Shown piece by piece: positions 38,154 to 48,121 of a DNA stretch of 64,000 nt. The stretch is from an uncultured Acidimicrobiales bacterium (lineage in GTDB: Bacteria > Actinomycetota > Acidimicrobiia > Acidimicrobiales > DATKAS01), in the NCBI GenBank assembly GCA_963733765.1, contig CAVTEI010000003.1, positions 501,453 to 565,452 on the forward strand. The letters run 5' to 3'. Each line of letters starts with the position of its first letter. Within the stretch, counting starts at the first letter, position 1. The position numbers were made by a program, and so were the translations under genes. Below the pieces are notes generated by a model that saw nothing but the letters and a program-made list of their open reading frames with translations, had not been told where the DNA came from and ran no database searches.

Positions 38154-38422
38154 CCCTCCCCGACCATCGCTGCGAGCTGCTCTCGGGTGATGTGCATCTG
38201 GATCTCGTGGACCTCGTCGTAGGGGAAGCCGAGGCGCTCGAACTCCTTGATCACCATCTCTTCGCTGTCGGCTTCGTAGAGCGTGACGATGAAGCCCTCG
38301 AAGATGTTCACGGTGACGCTGACCATGGTCGCGTGCGTCCCTTTCAACACGTCGGGCGCGTTCTGCATGAACTCCTCTTGAGAGAGGCCGGGAGCGCGGT
38401 GGATCGTGGCGTACTGCGGCAT
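38150..38422 (-). CDS. DUF4242-like (SCO4226 nickel-binding family) small protein
   Basis: LYEADSEE.V...ERLGFPYDEVHEI pattern; AGGAG RBS. Confidence 0.6.
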   Translation of the reverse strand: MPQYATIHRAPGLSQEEFMQNAPDVLKGTHATMVSVTVNIFEGFIVTLYEADSEEMVIKEFERLGFPYDEVHEIQMHITREQLAAMVGEG

Positions 38423-38466
38423 GGGTTCTCCTCAGGCTCGACGGGAACGAGTCCCACACTACGTCG

Positions 38467-38513
38467 TAGCGATATTCAGCACGCTTGACCCGTAAATCGG
38501 GACGACTTACGGT
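38467..38513 (+). promoter_or_regulatory. Promoter TTGACC-N17-TACGGT (probably leaderless) overlapped by tandem operator pair A
   Basis: -35 at 38485-38490, -10 at 38508-38513, ATG 7 nt later; boxes TAGCGATATTCAGCA (38467) and ACCCGTAAATCGGGA (38488). Confidence 0.75.
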
Positions 38514-38520
38514 CGGGACC

Positions 38521-39720
38521 ATGAGCGCGCTCGCAGAGCGACCCGACCTCGATTTCGCCGAGCGCGACCGCCGTTGGAGTCGCGTGCGCGCCGGCATGGC
38601 CGAGCGAGGCATCGACCTCCTCATCGTGCTCCCCCAATCCGACCCCATCGACGTGCTCTACCTCAGCGGTGGCGAACAGGGTGCGGTGCTCTTCCCGGTC
38701 GATGAGGATCCGTGGATCCTGCTCGGCGGCGAGGACAGCAACCTGGCGGTGGAGCGGGAAGGCTGGATCACTCAGCGCGAAAGCGCGACGCCGTTCGGCT
38801 CGACCAAGGTCCCCTATGGAGCGGCCGTCGCCGACAAGCTGCAGCGGCTGAAGCTGAAGCCGCCGCGGGCGGGCATTGCCGGGCTCGACGGCGACCTGTA
38901 CTCGCACGTCCGGTCGGCTGACGGCTACGCGGTCTACTCGAGCGTGCATCGGATCATCGGCGCGCTCGACGGCTGCGAGATCGTCAACGGGGCGCCGGTC
39001 ATGTCGCGTGCTCGCTACGTGAAGAGCGAAGCCGAGATCGCGGGGTTTCGGGCGGGCATCGAGGTCGCCGAGGCCGGCGCTCGTGCCATTGGTGAGGCGT
39101 ACAGCATCGGGAAGGCACAGGCCGACGCCTACCGCGCCGGCATCGCCGCGATGCTTCAGCCTGGGCTCGGTGTCCCATCGATCGCCTGGTGTCCAGGACC
39201 GTGGAAGACCCCACGGCCGCGGATCGTCGGCACCCCGCCCGGCGACATCTTCGACGGCCTCTGCGTCGCGGCCGAGATCATGCCGGGCTCGCGGATGATG
39301 ACCCAGGTCGCGGAGCCGTTCTTCGCGGGCAGCATCCTCCCCGAACAGCAAGAGGCGTTCGACCTCAATGTCGCCGCGTTCGAAGCGACGCGGGCCGCGT
39401 TGGTGCCGGGCGCGACCTGGCGCGACGTCGAGACCGCGGCGCTCGCGGTCGCCGACGGCACCGATTGGCAGGTGAGCTTCCTCCTCCACGGCGGCTTCGA
39501 CGGACCGCTCTTCATCCCCGTCGACAGCCACGACGACGTTCTCGACGATCGCATCGAGGCCGACACGATCTTCATTGCCAAGCCCACGGTGTTCCCAAGA
39601 GATGCGGAGCGTGTCGTCACGCGCAGCCACGACGTCAGCTGGGGCGACATGGTGGTCGTGAAGGAAGGCGGCGCGGAGCGACTGGGCACCCGCCCCCAGC
39701 GCCTCATCTCCTACGGCTGA
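38521..39720 (+). CDS. M24/creatinase-fold protein
   Basis: ERDRRWSRVR..M...GID, RYVKSEAEI, PGATW.DV, GDMVVV...GAERLG; canonical peptidase metal ligands not evident. Confidence 0.75.
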   Translation: MSALAERPDLDFAERDRRWSRVRAGMAERGIDLLIVLPQSDPIDVLYLSGGEQGAVLFPVDEDPWILLGGEDSNLAVEREGWITQRESATPFGSTKVPYGAAVADKLQRLKLKPPRAGIAGLDGDLYSHVRSADGYAVYSSVHRIIGALDGCEIVNGAPVMSRARYVKSEAEIAGFRAGIEVAEAGARAIGEAYSIGKAQADAYRAGIAAMLQPGLGVPSIAWCPGPWKTPRPRIVGTPPGDIFDGLCVAAEIMPGSRMMTQVAEPFFAGSILPEQQEAFDLNVAAFEATRAALVPGATWRDVETAALAVADGTDWQVSFLLHGGFDGPLFIPVDSHDDVLDDRIEADTIFIAKPTVFPRDAERVVTRSHDVSWGDMVVVKEGGAERLGTRPQRLISYG

Positions 39721-39736
39721 GGCTGCGCTCGGTCCG

Positions 39737-39792
39737 TTGACCGCAGAGAGGGCTAGACCTACGATTCGGGAACTCAATCCTGTTATTCGGTG
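39737..39792 (+). promoter_or_regulatory. Promoter TTGACC-N17-TACGAT overlapped by tandem operator pair B
   Basis: -35 at 39737-39742, -10 at 39760-39765; boxes ACCTACGATTCGGGA (39757) and TCCTGTTATTCGGTG (39778). Confidence 0.75.
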
Positions 39793-39828
39793 CAACCAAG
39801 CCGGATCGTGAAACCAAGGGGGACACAG

Positions 39829-41121
39829 ATGACCTGGGAGCGCAGCGCGATCGCGGATCTGTTCTCGGTCGCACAGAAGGCAGGGCCATACGGTGATCTG
39901 CCGGCGACCCCCGCCGGCCTGGATCCCCAGATCCACGTGTCACGCAACGAGGGCGTCCAGCCCTTCTTCCTCACCTGCGAGCGTGACTCTCTCGTGGTGA
40001 CGCTGAGCGGCGAGGGCTTCGTCGAGTTCCGCGACTCGAACGTGCTGCACTTCCGGATCACCCCGGGCGACTTCGTCTACGTGCCGGCAGGGACGCCGCA
40101 CCGCATCCGGGCCGAACGCTCGATGGTGCAGCTCCGCTACAAGGCGCTCGACCCTGGCAAAGAAGTCGTGTCATGGCACTGCCCCGAATGCAACACGGAG
40201 CTGTGGCGCCGCGAGTTCGACGCCACGAGCGAGATCCCTCAGCGCGTGTATCTCGAGACGACTGCCGAGTTCAACGGCAGCGATGATCTCCGCCGCTGCG
40301 CGAAGTGCAGCGCGGTCCACCCCCCCGTCGACGTCTCGGGCGCGCAGTGGGGAGAGATCGCAACATGGCTCGACGCCGAGCGCGCGGACGCACCTCCCCG
40401 CGCCACCAACAGCGATCGTCTCCCGCCGGCGAACGACCGCGAGCCGCTGCGCACGAACGTCTTCGAGCTCATGCGCACGACGACCACGCAGCTGCTCCCT
40501 CTGTTCCCCTACCTCGGCCCGGGGGCGATGCTGCCCGCGGGCGCGCTGTTCCAGGGGCGACCCGGAGCGCAGTACGGACGCTTCTTCCACCGCAACAGCG
40601 AGGAGGAGGTCTCGGTCTGCTTCGGTGGTCAGAACGCACTCGGGGCCGCCGGCGTGATGTTCATCGGCGGGAAAATGCACGAAGTGCAGGCGCCGCTGCT
40701 CGACACGAACGATCCCAGCGCCTTCCTGATCTCGGTGATCACCCAGCGGCAGCAGGACGAAGGACGCGAGCAGCGTGAGTCAGTGATCTTCCGCTGCTCC
40801 GAGTGCAACAACAAGCTTCACCAGGTCGACTACTCGGCCGAGCTCCCCGACCCCGACCGCCCCGACCTCGTGACCGGAGGACAGGCCGACGACGAGTACG
40901 AGATGTTCCCCACCATGTGGGGCAGCATCCTCTCCACTGACTCGTTCAACTCCGACGAGAAGGCGCGCACTTGCACCCGGTGTGGCCACGTCAATCCCCC
41001 CTTCCCCGCCGAGGCCTGGGGCTGGCAGAACTACGTCGACCGCCACGGGGTCGTCAACGCGGCGCGCCATCTGCTCGACGAGACCGCGAGCAAGGCCGAC
41101 GCCGCGGCGTCAGCTGTCTGA
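39829..41121 (+). CDS. Two-module 3-hydroxyanthranilate 3,4-dioxygenase-like cupin fusion
   Basis: Each half is a cupin plus a rubredoxin-like site (WHCPEC...RRCAKC; FRCSEC...RTCTRC). The halves match the separate genes at 48121-48675 and 48679-49404. Confidence 0.7.
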   Translation: MTWERSAIADLFSVAQKAGPYGDLPATPAGLDPQIHVSRNEGVQPFFLTCERDSLVVTLSGEGFVEFRDSNVLHFRITPGDFVYVPAGTPHRIRAERSMVQLRYKALDPGKEVVSWHCPECNTELWRREFDATSEIPQRVYLETTAEFNGSDDLRRCAKCSAVHPPVDVSGAQWGEIATWLDAERADAPPRATNSDRLPPANDREPLRTNVFELMRTTTTQLLPLFPYLGPGAMLPAGALFQGRPGAQYGRFFHRNSEEEVSVCFGGQNALGAAGVMFIGGKMHEVQAPLLDTNDPSAFLISVITQRQQDEGREQRESVIFRCSECNNKLHQVDYSAELPDPDRPDLVTGGQADDEYEMFPTMWGSILSTDSFNSDEKARTCTRCGHVNPPFPAEAWGWQNYVDRHGVVNAARHLLDETASKADAAASAV

Positions 41122-41833
41122 AGCCGAGCGCGGCCTCGCCCAAGTAGCTCACCTCGAGCAGGTCGCGCCGGTCGCGGAGGTCTTCGGCCCGGCCTTCGAG
41201 CACGAGCTCGCCGTGGTTCAGCACATACGCGCGGTCGGAGATCCCCAACGACAGGTGGGCATGCTGCTCGACGAGCAACAACGCCGTGCCGGTGTCAGTG
41301 ACGACCTGCTTGAGCAACGCGAGCAGGCGCTCGACGATGAGCGGCGCGAGGCCGAGACTCATCTCGTCGACCACCAGCAGACGAGGTCGCGCCGCAAGCC
41401 CGCGCGCGATCGCCAGCATCTGCTGCTCTCCGCCCGACAGCAGACCAGCCTTGCGCTTCGCGAGCGCTGCCAGCTCCGGGAAGAGCTCGAACATGTGGGC
41501 AGCTGCACTCTTGTTGCCACGAGCGCCGAGACGGATGTTCTCCTGCACGGTGAGGTCGAAGAACAGCGCGCGATCTTCGGGCACGAGTGACACGCCCATG
41601 CGCGCGATTGCGCTGGCGTGGATCGAATCGAGCTTGGTCCCGCCGATCCTGATCTCGCCGGCGATGGGCGGCAGCAACCCACACGCCGTGAGCAGCGTCG
41701 TCGTCTTGCCGGCGCCGTTCGGGCCGAGGAGGGCGACGACCTCGCCTTCCGAGACGTGGAGCGAGACGTTGCGGACGACCGCGAGCTGCCCGTAGCCGGC
41801 GAGGAGGTCTTGCACGGCGAGCAGCTCGTTCAC
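41054..41833 (-). CDS. Branched-chain-type ABC ATP-binding protein (LivF-like)
   Basis: GPNGAGKTT, LSGGEQQM, VDEMSLGLAP, LVEQ. Confidence 0.92.
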   Translation of the reverse strand: MNELLAVQDLLAGYGQLAVVRNVSLHVSEGEVVALLGPNGAGKTTTLLTACGLLPPIAGEIRIGGTKLDSIHASAIARMGVSLVPEDRALFFDLTVQENIRLGARGNKSAAAHMFELFPELAALAKRKAGLLSGGEQQMLAIARGLAARPRLLVVDEMSLGLAPLIVERLLALLKQVVTDTGTALLLVEQHAHLSLGISDRAYVLNHGELVLEGRAEDLRDRRDLLEVSYLGEAALGFRQLTPRRRPCSRSRRADGAPR

Positions 41834-42616
41834 GCCGCACCGCCGGCAGGCTCGACCCGGGCGGGATCCTCGCCTAGGTAGGAATGCAGCACATCGGCGT
41901 TGCCGCGGATCTCGGCCGGCGTGCCCGAGGCGATGAGACGTCCGGCGTCGAGCACGTGGATGTAGTCGCAGACCGTGAGCACCAGCGCCATGTCGTGGTC
42001 GACGAGGAGCAGACCGAGCCCCGACGCCGCGACCTGACGGAGGCGAGTCCCGAGCTCCTCGGTCTCGATCCGGTCGAGCCCTGCAGCAGGCTCGTCGAGC
42101 ATCAGGAGAGTGGGCCGGGCGACGATCGCGCGCGCGAGCGCCACCGACTTGCGCTCGGCCTGTGACAGCGAGCTCGGCAGACGATCGGCGACGCCGTCGA
42201 GGCCGAGCAGCGACAGGGCACGGGCGACGTCGTCGCTGTCCTTTCGCGCGCCACCGGAGGATCACGTCAGTGAGCGACCTCCACCACTGCGGGCTCTCGG
42301 TCGTGACCCGCACGTTGTCCGCGACCGTCATGTCCTCGAACAACTCGAGCGACTGGAACGTACGTGCGAGCCTGCTCAGCGCGCGCCGATGGGCGCGCAT
42401 CCGAGTGATGTCCCGGCCTTCGAACCGGATCGAACCGCCCGCAATCGGCGCGAAGCCGGTGACCGCGTCGATGAGCGTCGTCTTGCCCGCGCCGTTCGGC
42501 CCGATCAGGCCGGTGATCCCCTCGCAGGGCACGCGCAGCGACACGTCGTCGACCGCTCGAAGACCGCCGTACACGACGCAAAGCCCCTCGATCTCGAGAA
42601 AGGGCGACGCGCTCAC
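41830..42616 (-). CDS. Branched-chain-type ABC ATP-binding protein (LivG-like; apparent frameshift near 42243)
   Basis: GLIGPNGAGKTT and RTFQ in one frame; LDEPAAGL, VDHDM, YLG in the next. Confidence 0.88.
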
Positions 42617-44656
42617 GGGCTCACTCCCACCGTCGACCGCTCGGGCGCGGGCACCTCGCCGTCGGACGCCGCGGGCTTCGACCCCCGCGACGTCACCGCC
42701 GCCTTGATGCGGCGCAGGCCGCGCTCGAGAGAGTCGGACAGGCCGTCGGGATGGAGGATCGTCGTCGCGACCAGCCCGAGGCCGCCGATCAGGTAGGCGT
42801 ACCGGCCGATGCCGAACCACTGGTCGAGCAACGTCGGGCCGAAGCCGTTCGGCGCGAAGAACAGGCCGGCGACGATGGCGCCCGAGATGCGGGCGACGCC
42901 ACCGATGTAGATGAGTGCGACGAGGAGCAGCGAGGTCAGCACCGAGAACTGCTCACCCGAGAGGTTGCCCGTGAGCAGCCCGGTCATCGATCCCGCCGCG
43001 CCCGCGATGAAGCCGGAGGCCGCGAACGCGAAGAGCTTGGCGCGCCCGAGGCTGACGCCGGACGCGACGGCGGCGCGCTCGTTCGCCCGGATCGCGAGCA
43101 GCTGGCGGCCGATCCCGCTGTTGCGCAGGAAGGCCACCAACACCCCGAGGAGCACGGCGACGATCAGCACCAGGACGCCGAACTGGGGACGCGGATAGGC
43201 CGTCGCATCGGAGGTGCGGATGTTGAAGTCGATGCCGAACAGCTTCACCGCGGGGATCAGGCGGCCGGAGGCGCCGCCGGTGAAGGTGCCGCTGCTGAAC
43301 AGGAACGCATCGAGCGCGACCGCGGCGGCGAGCGTGAGCACGGCGAGGTGGATGCCGCGAGTTCGAAGTGCAGGCAACCCGACCACCAAGGCGAGCGGCG
43401 CGGTGGCCAGGCTCGCGAGCAGCAGCGCGAGTGGGAAAGGCACGCTGAGCTCGGCACTCAGGATGCCGTACATGAATCCGCCGAACCCGGCGAACGCCAT
43501 CTGCGCGAGCGAGATCTGGCCGGCGAACCCGGTGACCACGACGAGCGACAAGCCGAGCACGATCACGATCAGGCTCTGGATCAGCCCGAGCCGCAGGCTG
43601 CTGCCGAGCGTGAAGAGCGCGACCGTGCCCGCGGCAAGGCAGAGCACCGCCGAGAGCACGACCTGCTTCGGGCGCCCAGCGACCGGCATCGCTCGATCGA
43701 TCAGCGTGCCTCGCCACGGGATCGACCGTCCGAACACGACGAGGGCGACGATGATCGCGAGGAACGGCAGGCCCTCCTGAAGGCCGCTCTCGGGCAGCCA
43801 GTCGAACTCGAGGGTGAGCTTGGTCACCTCCGACTGCGCCATGCCGATCGCAAGACCCGCGATGACGGTCACCGAGAACGACGTCATCCGCCCGAGGAGC
43901 GCGGCGCCGAGCGCGGGGACGATGAACAACGTGAACGACGTGGGGTTGAGGCCGGAGATGGGTGTGATGAGGATGCCGGCGAACCCGGCGAGCGCCGTCG
44001 CCACCATCCAGTTCACCGCGCCGAGACGAGTCGACGAGTAGCCGCACACCGCCGCGCCCTTCTCGCTCTCCGCCGCCGCGCGCGTCGCGAGGCCGAACGT
44101 CGTGAACTTGAACACGGCCCACAGCGCGACGCCGATCGCGACAGTGAGCGCAGCGAGGTAGAAGCGATCGCGCGGAACGCTGGTGCCGAGCACGTCGAGC
44201 GGATCGTTCGGCAGGATCGTGCCCGCGGTCTGGCCGGAGATGTTGAAGGCGTCGTCGCCGAGGTTCAGCACGACCATGGCCTGCACGACGATCATCAGGC
44301 CGACCGACGCGACGAGGCGCGCGAGCGGCGGCGAGTTGCGCAGCGGCCGGAAGATGACGAGGAAGATGACGAGGCCGAGCCCCGCCCCATAGAGCAGCGC
44401 GATCAGGAGCGCGGGGATCGGTGGAGATGCCGTCGCCGAAGACCCGAACCCGAGACGGGATGCCGACGACCGGCAACATGAGGTAGCCGGTCGTGCGGAG
44501 GTCGATGTACGCGTACGCGATGAACATCGCGATCGCGCCCTGAGCGAAGTTGATGACGCCCGAGCTGCGGTACTCGAGCACCAGCCCGAGGCCGAGGATG
44601 GCGTAGACCGCGCCCGCGCCGAGCCCGAGAAGGAGGAAGAGGACGTACTGCGACAT
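42613..44656 (-). CDS. Fused LivH-LivM-type ABC permease (apparent frameshift near 44420)
   Basis: YRSSGVINFAQGA at the N-terminus; GQISLAQMAF, AIRANERAA and HPDG after the shift. Confidence 0.88.
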
Positions 44657-44688
44657 CCGCTACCGCTCAGGAAGCGACAAGTCGGCGA

Positions 44689-46014
44689 TCAGCCCGCCGC
44701 ACCCCAGAGCGTGTCCATCGCCACGTAGTCACTGAGCTTCGTGACCGTCCCGTCGACGAACTGCACGAGGTACGCGGACCCTGCGCAGATGCCCGGGAAG
44801 TTGGCCACCGGCGGCGCCGAGCACGAGTAGGGCACGTTGAGGAAGCTCGGCTGGTCGGCCGTCGCCTTGAACGCCGCGAGCACGCTCTCGTGGGTGAGCG
44901 ACGCCGGGTCCATGTCGTCGAGGAGCTCGTGGATGTTCATGATCGTGCCGAAGCCACCACGGGAGAAGTCGGTGTCGGCGGCGTCGGGAGCCTCCTCCGC
45001 CATGACCTCGTTGTAGAGCACCACGTCGGGATCGTCGGGGAAGACCTCGACACCCTTGTAGAGCCCGACGAAGTACACGCCGTCCGCAGCATCGCCGGCC
45101 GCGGCCAGGGTGTCGGGGTCGCCGCAGTTGTCAGGCATGATCATCGGCACGTCGGTGCCGAGGCTCGAGTACGCCTGGAACGCCGGCTGGCACGGCAGGC
45201 CGTAGGCCAGCAGCGCGTCGGGGTTGGTGTCGAGCGCGGCTGCGAACGTCGCGGTGAGGTCCGCGGAGCCCACGGGCGCGTTCACGGGAGTCGGCGCGGG
45301 GATGCCGGCCGCCGTCGCAGGCGCGTCCATGAACAGCGCCCGGATGAACGCGTTGGACGGAAGGTCGAGGGCAAGCGCGGCGAGGTTCGTCGCCTGCAGC
45401 TCAGAGATCGCGAAGTGCACCATCGCCGGGAACAGCGACGCCGACCACCCGTTGAACAGGGAGCGGGTCGGTGACGTGTACTCCGGCGGCGTGAACGACG
45501 CGCCGCCGATCAGCGGGATGCCGGTCGCGTCGATCGTGGGCTGCACGGAGAGGGCGCCCGCGTCGGGGCCGGGGATGATGATCAACGGGTCCTTCTGGAA
45601 GAGCTCGTTCACGCACGCCGTCAGCCCCGGGGGCGTGTAGTCGGTCGTGCACGACTCGAGCTGGATCGGCCGACCCCCGATGCCACCGAGCTGGTTGTTC
45701 ACGTACTCGACGGCGGCCTCGGCCCCGTCGATCAGCTCGGGCGCCGTGAACGACTGGTTGTCGGCCGGCGTGTAGATGCCGATGACAATCGGTTCGCCGG
45801 TGGCCTGCTCGCCGGCCGCAGTTGTCGCCGCGCCCGCGGCGGTGGTGGCTGCGCCCGCGGCAGTTGTCGCCGCGCCACCGGTGGTCTCAGAAGCGTCGCT
45901 GCCCGAATCATCGTCGCCGCAGGCGACCAGGGTCATCACGCACACGGCAGCAACGAGGCCACCGACCACCCGCCTAGGTGCCCGCTTCCTCCGCGCTCCA
46001 ACCCGTGCGCCCAT
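44689..46014 (-). CDS. ABC substrate-binding lipoprotein (LivJ-like fold)
   Basis: Lipobox LVAC, Ala/Thr linker, GEPIVIG, YVNNQLGGIGGRPIQL..C. Confidence 0.88.
   Translation of the reverse strand: MGARVGARRKRAPRRVVGGLVAAVCVMTLVACGDDDSGSDASETTGGAATTAAGAATTAAGAATTAAGEQATGEPIVIGIYTPADNQSFTAPELIDGAEAAVEYVNNQLGGIGGRPIQLESCTTDYTPPGLTACVNELFQKDPLIIIPGPDAGALSVQPTIDATGIPLIGGASFTPPEYTSPTRSLFNGWSASLFPAMVHFAISELQATNLAALALDLPSNAFIRALFMDAPATAAGIPAPTPVNAPVGSADLTATFAAALDTNPDALLAYGLPCQPAFQAYSSLGTDVPMIMPDNCGDPDTLAAAGDAADGVYFVGLYKGVEVFPDDPDVVLYNEVMAEEAPDAADTDFSRGGFGTIMNIHELLDDMDPASLTHESVLAAFKATADQPSFLNVPYSCSAPPVANFPGICAGSAYLVQFVDGTVTKLSDYVAMDTLWGAAG
45811..45877 (-). repeat. Coding 21-bp repeat x3 (GAATTAA linker)
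   Basis: Protein reads GAATTAAGAATTAAGAATTAAG after the lipobox. Confidence 0.8.
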
Positions 46015-46036
46015 CTGATCCCCCCAGGTAGCCGAT

Positions 46037-46072
46037 TACCGAATAACAGGACTCGAGTGCCGAATATTAGGC
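46037..46072 (-). promoter_or_regulatory. Tandem operator pair C upstream of the ABC importer
   Basis: Minus strand GCCTAATATTCGGCA-N6-TCCTGTTATTCGGTA; 14 bp identical to pair B. Confidence 0.75.
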
Positions 46073-46096
46073 ACCTGTGCCGAGACGGGCAAGACG

Positions 46097-47128
46097 TCAG
46101 ACGACGGCGCCACTGACCGCCGCGTGGATGTCGAGCAGCGGGAGCACTTGCTCGGGCGGCCGGCGACCCATCCCACATTCGGTGGCCACCCCGAACGACG
46201 GAACGACTTTCGATGCCGCGGCGATGCGGCGCTCGGTGCCCTCGACGCCGTCGGTGAAGTGCACCAGGCCGAGGTAGAGCTCGGTGTCGTCATGCAGCGC
46301 GAGGTCGCCGAGCGGCGCGAAGTAGCCGACGTCGTCGCGGTCGCGCGGCACCGGCAGATGGATCCACGTGAGGGGCCGGTTCACACCTGCGCTCAGCGCG
46401 TTCGCGATGTCGGCGAGCTTGCCTGCGTCGACGGGCTGCTTGAAGTGCTCGTGCTCATAGTCGCCGTAGCAAAGGTGGTATCCGAGCTCGATGTCCGGGG
46501 GCACCCAGCTCGCATAGCGGATGAGACGATCGAGCACTCCTTGGCGAAGGTCACCCTCGAAGTAGGGAGGGAAGACCTCCTCGAGGATGCCGAACTCGGC
46601 CGCGGTGTCCCACTGGAACGCGAGCTTGTCGTGAGGCACGACGGCCGCGATCCGTTCGATCTCACGCTCCATCGCCATCTCGTACGCGGCTTCGAGCGTC
46701 AGTTCGAGGCCGGGCACGACGAACGCACTGATCGGCGCGAACGGGGTGGGGAGACTGACCTGGAACCGCCAGTGCGACGGAAGGTCCCCAGCGGCCTGCA
46801 GGTCCGAGAAGAGCTCCCATGACGAGACCGCGCTCTCCGCGTAGCCGAGCGCTCCGAAGTCGACGTCGTCGGGAGACTCCCCCTCCCTGACCGCGATCCG
46901 CGGGTTCGGGGCGTAGTTGCGCGGACCGGGCGGGATGACCTCGAACTGCGGGTCGGCCATGAACCGGTGCAGCTGCCACACGATCCAATCGAGCCGTGGC
47001 CCGGTCTCCCCGTCGGTCACCCGGCGGAGTCGATCACCGAGCCGCTCCGCGCACGCGCGGAACACGGCCTCGGCGTCGGGCAACGACACCGAGCCGACGA
47101 GGTGCGCGCCATTCGGATTTCCAGCCAT
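46097..47128 (-). CDS. MetE/UroD-superfamily-like Zn TIM-barrel protein of unknown function
   Basis: HLVGS, DGETG.R, RFQVSLPTP, QWD, HLCYGD (HxC) and ATECGMGR (Cys) Zn-type ligands. Confidence 0.7.
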   Translation of the reverse strand: MAGNPNGAHLVGSVSLPDAEAVFRACAERLGDRLRRVTDGETGPRLDWIVWQLHRFMADPQFEVIPPGPRNYAPNPRIAVREGESPDDVDFGALGYAESAVSSWELFSDLQAAGDLPSHWRFQVSLPTPFAPISAFVVPGLELTLEAAYEMAMEREIERIAAVVPHDKLAFQWDTAAEFGILEEVFPPYFEGDLRQGVLDRLIRYASWVPPDIELGYHLCYGDYEHEHFKQPVDAGKLADIANALSAGVNRPLTWIHLPVPRDRDDVGYFAPLGDLALHDDTELYLGLVHFTDGVEGTERRIAAASKVVPSFGVATECGMGRRPPEQVLPLLDIHAAVSGAVV

Positions 47129-47149
47129 GTCTCCCCCTGTGTCGTGAAG

Positions 47150-48121
47150 TTACGAACCGAGCTCGTCGTAGACGCGCGCCGCCGCGGGGTGCAGCGGGAT
47201 CGGCGTCGCACGCATGTGCTCGGGCACGAATGGATAGTTGAGCGGGCTGCGCTCGGACGGGATGTGGTGGTACTGCCGCTCGATCGCGTGCGCCGTGTGC
47301 ACCATGCACCAGGTGAGCAAGTACGCGACGTCGTCGGGCATGTCCTCGTGCACGAGCACGAGGAAGCTGCTGAAGTCGAGCGTCAGCAGGTCGTCGTCGC
47401 ATCCAGGGAGGTACCCACCGCGAAGGATGGCTCGCGGCCAGCGCAGCTCGTGCTCGAGAGCGCTGAGAGCGGCGTCCTCCATCGGGACGAAGTTCGTCTG
47501 CCGGGCGACGCCGACCTCCTGCCAGGGGGGCGTCATGATCGCCTCGTGGAACACCGCGTCGGCGAGGCCGTCGCGGTACCAGTGGAGCGGCGGGAACGGG
47601 CGCTCGTCCTCCAGGAAGCTGCCACCCCACCCGAGGAACTCGTCGCGCGAGATGCCGTGGGCGGCCATCACGCGGTTCACTCCATATCCGACCGTGTTCA
47701 CTCCGTCGTTTTGGGAGGTCGCGATCTTGAGCGGCACCTTCTTCTCACGCAGATCCTCGAACGTGCGCACGCCGTGCTCGGCCCCGACGGCGAAGACCAA
47801 CCGATCGTCTTGGGGCATCACGCCCAGCGCCCGCACCTCGGGGAGGGGTGTGCCCTCGAACATGCCGACACCGGCAACGGCCGAGTAGCCGACGTAGGCG
47901 GGGACGACCATCGAGAGATCGACCTCGTGCTTGACGATCGCGTCGACGGCGTCGGTGCCGCCGCGACCACTCCAGATCGCGGTGCGCGACCCGGGCCCCG
48001 CGCGATCGTTGAACTCCTGGGCGAGCCAGCCGCAGATGCGATGAAGGTTCGCCTGTCCCCAGTCACCTTGGAACTGGAGCGTGACGGCGCGGTCGATGTG
48101 GGGCTGCCCCGGCTTGGGCAT
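47150..48121 (-). CDS. TAXI/NMT1-like periplasmic-binding-fold protein lacking a signal peptide
   Basis: GVRTFEDL, LLVLVHEDMPDDVAY and PIPLHPAAARVYDELG (TAXI-type end); ATG overlaps the upstream TGA; hydrophilic N-terminus. Confidence 0.7.
   Translation of the reverse strand: MPKPGQPHIDRAVTLQFQGDWGQANLHRICGWLAQEFNDRAGPGSRTAIWSGRGGTDAVDAIVKHEVDLSMVVPAYVGYSAVAGVGMFEGTPLPEVRALGVMPQDDRLVFAVGAEHGVRTFEDLREKKVPLKIATSQNDGVNTVGYGVNRVMAAHGISRDEFLGWGGSFLEDERPFPPLHWYRDGLADAVFHEAIMTPPWQEVGVARQTNFVPMEDAALSALEHELRWPRAILRGGYLPGCDDDLLTLDFSSFLVLVHEDMPDDVAYLLTWCMVHTAHAIERQYHHIPSERSPLNYPFVPEHMRATPIPLHPAAARVYDELGS

Noticed and set aside
41054-42820. 588-aa ORF as a natural double-ATPase fusion
   Set aside because: The middle section is out-of-frame sequence. 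A frameshift near 42243 puts the LivG N-half in the LivF frame; the true LivG C-half is in ORF 41830-42144.
45811-45877. 21-bp repeat as a regulatory or mobile element
   Set aside because: It encodes an ordinary Ala/Thr flexible linker after the lipoprotein anchor.
46097-47128. Calling this metE
   Set aside because: Half the length of MetE, no recognisable folate-binding barrel, and a catabolic context.
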